Shown: piece by piece, positions 61,322 through 64,000 of the stretch | Position numbering within the stretch: the stretch's first letter is position 1 | Layout: each line of letters opens with the position of its first letter | Assembly (NCBI GenBank): GCA_943788985.1 | Contig: CALSSJ010000012.1 | Coordinates: 1-64,000, forward strand | Reading direction: 5' to 3' | DNA: 64,000 nt | Source: an uncultured Lentisphaerales bacterium | Lineage (GTDB): Bacteria > Verrucomicrobiota > Lentisphaeria > JABSQK01 > UBA12247 | The notes under the pieces: generated by a model | Databases searched by the model: none | What the model saw: only the letters and a program-made list of their open reading frames with translations | What the model was told of the DNA's origin: nothing | Program-made: the position numbers and the translations under genes

Positions 61322-62797
61322 CTATTTCTTCTTTTTGATTCTGTTGGCGCTCCGGTCCCACGGATTCGCCGCCCTGGGTTCATACGCGGGACGGGCGTCC
61401 TGGTCCGGGAGTGAATCGAGTACCCCTTGAAACTTCTCCAGCGCCTGGCTGTGCGCTGCACTCGCACTGCTGAGAAGGTTGGTTTCTTCCCATGGATCCT
61501 CTGTCAGGTCGTGCAAGCGAATGATCTTCTTTTCGCCCGACACCCAAACCTTGTGCTGCTTGTCGCGCATCACGCGTGTGGCGAAGTCCTGTGCGCCGCG
61601 CACACCGTCCTTATCCAGGACGGCTGCACCGTGGCCAAGGGCCATGATCCACTCCCGGTCTGAGTCCTGCTTTTTGCCGAGAATCAGCGGCGCGATGGAT
61701 ACGCCGTCGATGATGAGATCCTCCGGAGCCTGCCCACCACCGAGTTCGACGAAGGTCGGAAGCATATCCGAAAAATCTGTCAGGGCGTCGGTTTCGACTC
61801 CAGCAGGCACTAGGCCCGGGCAGTTGACAATAAAGGGAGCACAGACCCCGGCTTCCGTTTCCGTCGATTTCGCCCCCACAATCTTTCTTCCGTTCCGGAA
61901 GCCGATGACGCCACGCGGGGGAGGTGCCGTGCCATTGTCGGCGGTAAAGATCACAATGGTCCGATCACGAATGCCGAGATCATCCAGCTCGTTTACCAGC
62001 TTGCCCACCAACTTGTCGATGTAGCGCACCATGGCTTTATGCCGATCCATGACGCTCCGTGCCTTGGGCTCATCAGGGGTAGCCCGTAGCGGTGTATGTG
62101 GCTGTACCATCGGGAAATAGAGGCACATGGGTTCCTCTTTGTGTGTGCGCATGAAGTTGATCAGGTGGTCGGCATAGAGGTCGGGCCCAAACTTTCCTTT
62201 GTAGGTTTTGGAGCCCTCCTTGGTATTGATGTGGGGATCCCAATACCGCTTGGTTGATTTTCTCTCGTGCTCCTTATCGGGTGATGTCTCACACCCCGTC
62301 CACATGGCCCAGTCATCGAACCCGTGCTTCTTCATGGCCTGTGGTTCAAGTCGAAAGTCATTCAGCTGCCACTTGCCTGCTACCGCAGTGGCATACCCGA
62401 GGTTCTTCATCAGCCGGGCAAAGGTGGTGTTCTCTTTCTTCTTCCAGTCAAAGTACCCGACGCCCCAGCGCGGCACATCCCAGTGATTAACGAACCCAGT
62501 ACGCCAGGGGTATTTTCCGGTCAGCAGCGTCGTGCGCGAAGGCGAGCATGCTGGCATGGAGTACGCATTGTTGAACGTCATCCCGCCCGCTGCGAGGGCG
62601 TCAATGTTCGGTGTCTCGATGCCTTCCCCGCCATAGCAGCTGATCCATTCCTTGCCCAGATCATCGGCCATAATATAGAGGATGTTTGGCTTAGCAGCCG
62701 GGGGATCGGCAGCCAGCCCTGCGGATGTCGCACCGACAATGATCGCGAGAAGCATCGCTGCGGAAAAGGTGCTGTGAAAAGAAGGTGTCATCATCAT
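61322..62797 (-). CDS. Sulfatase (S1 family)
   Basis: KPNILYIMADDLG, CSPSRTTLLTGKY, AGKWQ, FTADNG; signal peptide. Confidence 0.93.
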   Translation of the reverse strand: MMMTPSFHSTFSAAMLLAIIVGATSAGLAADPPAAKPNILYIMADDLGKEWISCYGGEGIETPNIDALAAGGMTFNNAYSMPACSPSRTTLLTGKYPWRTGFVNHWDVPRWGVGYFDWKKKENTTFARLMKNLGYATAVAGKWQLNDFRLEPQAMKKHGFDDWAMWTGCETSPDKEHERKSTKRYWDPHINTKEGSKTYKGKFGPDLYADHLINFMRTHKEEPMCLYFPMVQPHTPLRATPDEPKARSVMDRHKAMVRYIDKLVGKLVNELDDLGIRDRTIVIFTADNGTAPPPRGVIGFRNGRKIVGAKSTETEAGVCAPFIVNCPGLVPAGVETDALTDFSDMLPTFVELGGGQAPEDLIIDGVSIAPLILGKKQDSDREWIMALGHGAAVLDKDGVRGAQDFATRVMRDKQHKVWVSGEKKIIRLHDLTEDPWEETNLLSSASAAHSQALEKFQGVLDSLPDQDARPAYEPRAANPWDRSANRIKKKK

Positions 62798-62829
62798 ATC
62801 TCTGTGTGGTTCCTGTTCTTGCAATTACC

Positions 62830-63055
62830 CGGGCTGAAAGCCCAGCAACACCTTAGCCTGGGGCAACGCCCCAGGATTATATCGACTCTAGATAGAACGC
62901 TGAGCGCCGAAGGCACGGCCGTCAGGCAACCGTTCCTCAACTCATTGCGCTCCAACACGTTGCGCCAGGTGAAGTACGCTTTCAGCGTACGCATTCCCCG
63001 CATGCCAAACCTGGGGCGTTGCCCCAGGCTAAGGTGTTTCTGGGCTTTCAGCCCG
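62830..63055. repeat. REP/MITE-like palindromic element
   Basis: 46-bp arms 62830-62875 / 63010-63055 (CGGGCTGAAAGCCCAG..CACCTTAGCCTGGGGCAACGCCCCAGG), one mismatch; each arm contains its own small hairpins. Confidence 0.85.
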
Positions 63056-63194
63056 ATCAAATCAACAGCCCGTGAGCGCCGCAGGCACACCCGAAGGGCA
63101 CCCGTGACCTTACAGGGAGCCCCGTCGTCCAAACGCAGTACTATGGATTGCTCATTCACCAGCCGAACGTCACTCTAATCGTTGTCGATTGCAT

Positions 63195-64000
63195 CTATTT
63201 GCGCTTCTTCGCCTTTCTGTCCCACGGATTCGCAGCCCTGGGTTCATACAGGGGCCTGGCATCCTTGTCCGGGAGTGATTCCAGTACTCCCTGAAACTTC
63301 GCCAGGGCCTTCTTGTGCTCTGCACTCACACTACTGAGAAGATTGGTCTCTTCCCACGGATCCTGCTGCAGGTCATGCAGCCGGATGATCTGCTTCTGAT
63401 TGGATACCCAGACCTTATACCGCTTGTCACGAATGACTCGCGTGGCAAAATTCTTTACGCCCCGGACGCCGTCCTTATCCAGTTTGCCGCCGCCATGGCC
63501 AAGGGCCATGATCCACTTGCGGTCTGTGTCCTGCTTCTTGCCGAGAATCAGCGGCGCAATCGACCTCCCGTCGATGATGAGGTCTTCCGGGACCTGGCCG
63601 CCGCCGAGTTCGATGAAAGTGGGCAGCATATCCGAAAAGTCGGTCAGGGCATCGGTTTCGGTGCCAGCGGGAACGAGTCCCGGACAGTTCACAATAAAGG
63701 GAGCGCAAATGCCCGGTTCAGACTCTGATCCTTTCGCGCCGGTCACCCTGCGCCCATTCAGTGTGCCAGTGATCTTGCCGTCCGAGCCATTATCGGTTGT
63801 AAAAATCACGATGGTGCGTTCGCGTATACCAAGGTCATTGAGCGCATCAACAAGCCGACCAACCATTTTGTCCATGTAGCGTACCATGGCTTTGTGCCTA
63901 TCAAGCCGGCTCCCTGCCTGGGGCTCATCCGGGGTGGTAACCCAGGGCCTATGCGTGAGAATCATTGGGTAATAAAGGCACATGGGCTCCTCCTTGTGAT
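63195..64000 (-). CDS. Sulfatase, C-terminal part (start lies beyond the window end); close paralog of 61322-62797
   Basis: PMCLYYPM..FTTDNG..CAPFIVNCPG..TDFSDMLPTF..YEPRAANPWDR. Confidence 0.9.
   Translation of the reverse strand, partial: HKEEPMCLYYPMILTHRPWVTTPDEPQAGSRLDRHKAMVRYMDKMVGRLVDALNDLGIRERTIVIFTTDNGSDGKITGTLNGRRVTGAKGSESEPGICAPFIVNCPGLVPAGTETDALTDFSDMLPTFIELGGGQVPEDLIIDGRSIAPLILGKKQDTDRKWIMALGHGGGKLDKDGVRGVKNFATRVIRDKRYKVWVSNQKQIIRLHDLQQDPWEETNLLSSVSAEHKKALAKFQGVLESLPDKDARPLYEPRAANPWDRKAKKRK

Noticed and set aside
62794..63178. ORFs 62794-63159 (-) and 62324-63178 (+)
   Set aside because: They are read-throughs of the palindromic repeat; the same peptide (LKAQ.HLSLGQRPR) appears on both strands.
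1..64000. Diversity-generating retroelement or programmed hypervariation explaining the paralogs
   Set aside because: No reverse transcriptase, and the differences between duplicates that I inspected are not adenine-specific.

Overview
A 64-kb, almost entirely minus-strand array of about 35 genes, most with signal peptides. They encode glycan-, ester-, sulfate- and phosphate-hydrolysing enzymes: sulfatases, 3 GH29 fucosidases, 3 GH20, GH78, GH28, GH95-like proteins, 3 sialate-O-acetylesterase (SASA) proteins, 7 EEP-superfamily domains, 2 PhoD domains, a metallophosphoesterase, a histidine phosphatase and alpha/beta hydrolases. Also present are an SSS transporter, two prepilin-type H-X9-DG proteins, an IS1634-family element and a GxxExxY gene. 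The content suggests a PVC-superphylum organism (Lentisphaerae/Kiritimatiellae/Planctomycetes; inference). Three things stand out. (1) At least a dozen related, mostly eroded attC-like hairpins lie at gene ends and at one internal domain junction, with no integrase in the window. This suggests a fossil integron-like cassette array of secreted hydrolases. (2) Paralogous modules are extensively domain-shuffled (EEP, SASA, PhoD, GH20 and sulfatase fused to different partners), including a probable ~2250-aa SASA-SGNH-GH78-GH20 protein. (3) Three miniature inverted-repeat elements are internally deleted GxxExxY genes, each adjacent to attC-like sites. Many ORFs carry single-base frameshifts, probably long-read errors, so boundaries of broken genes are approximate. 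All family calls come from motif recognition by eye, not database searches.
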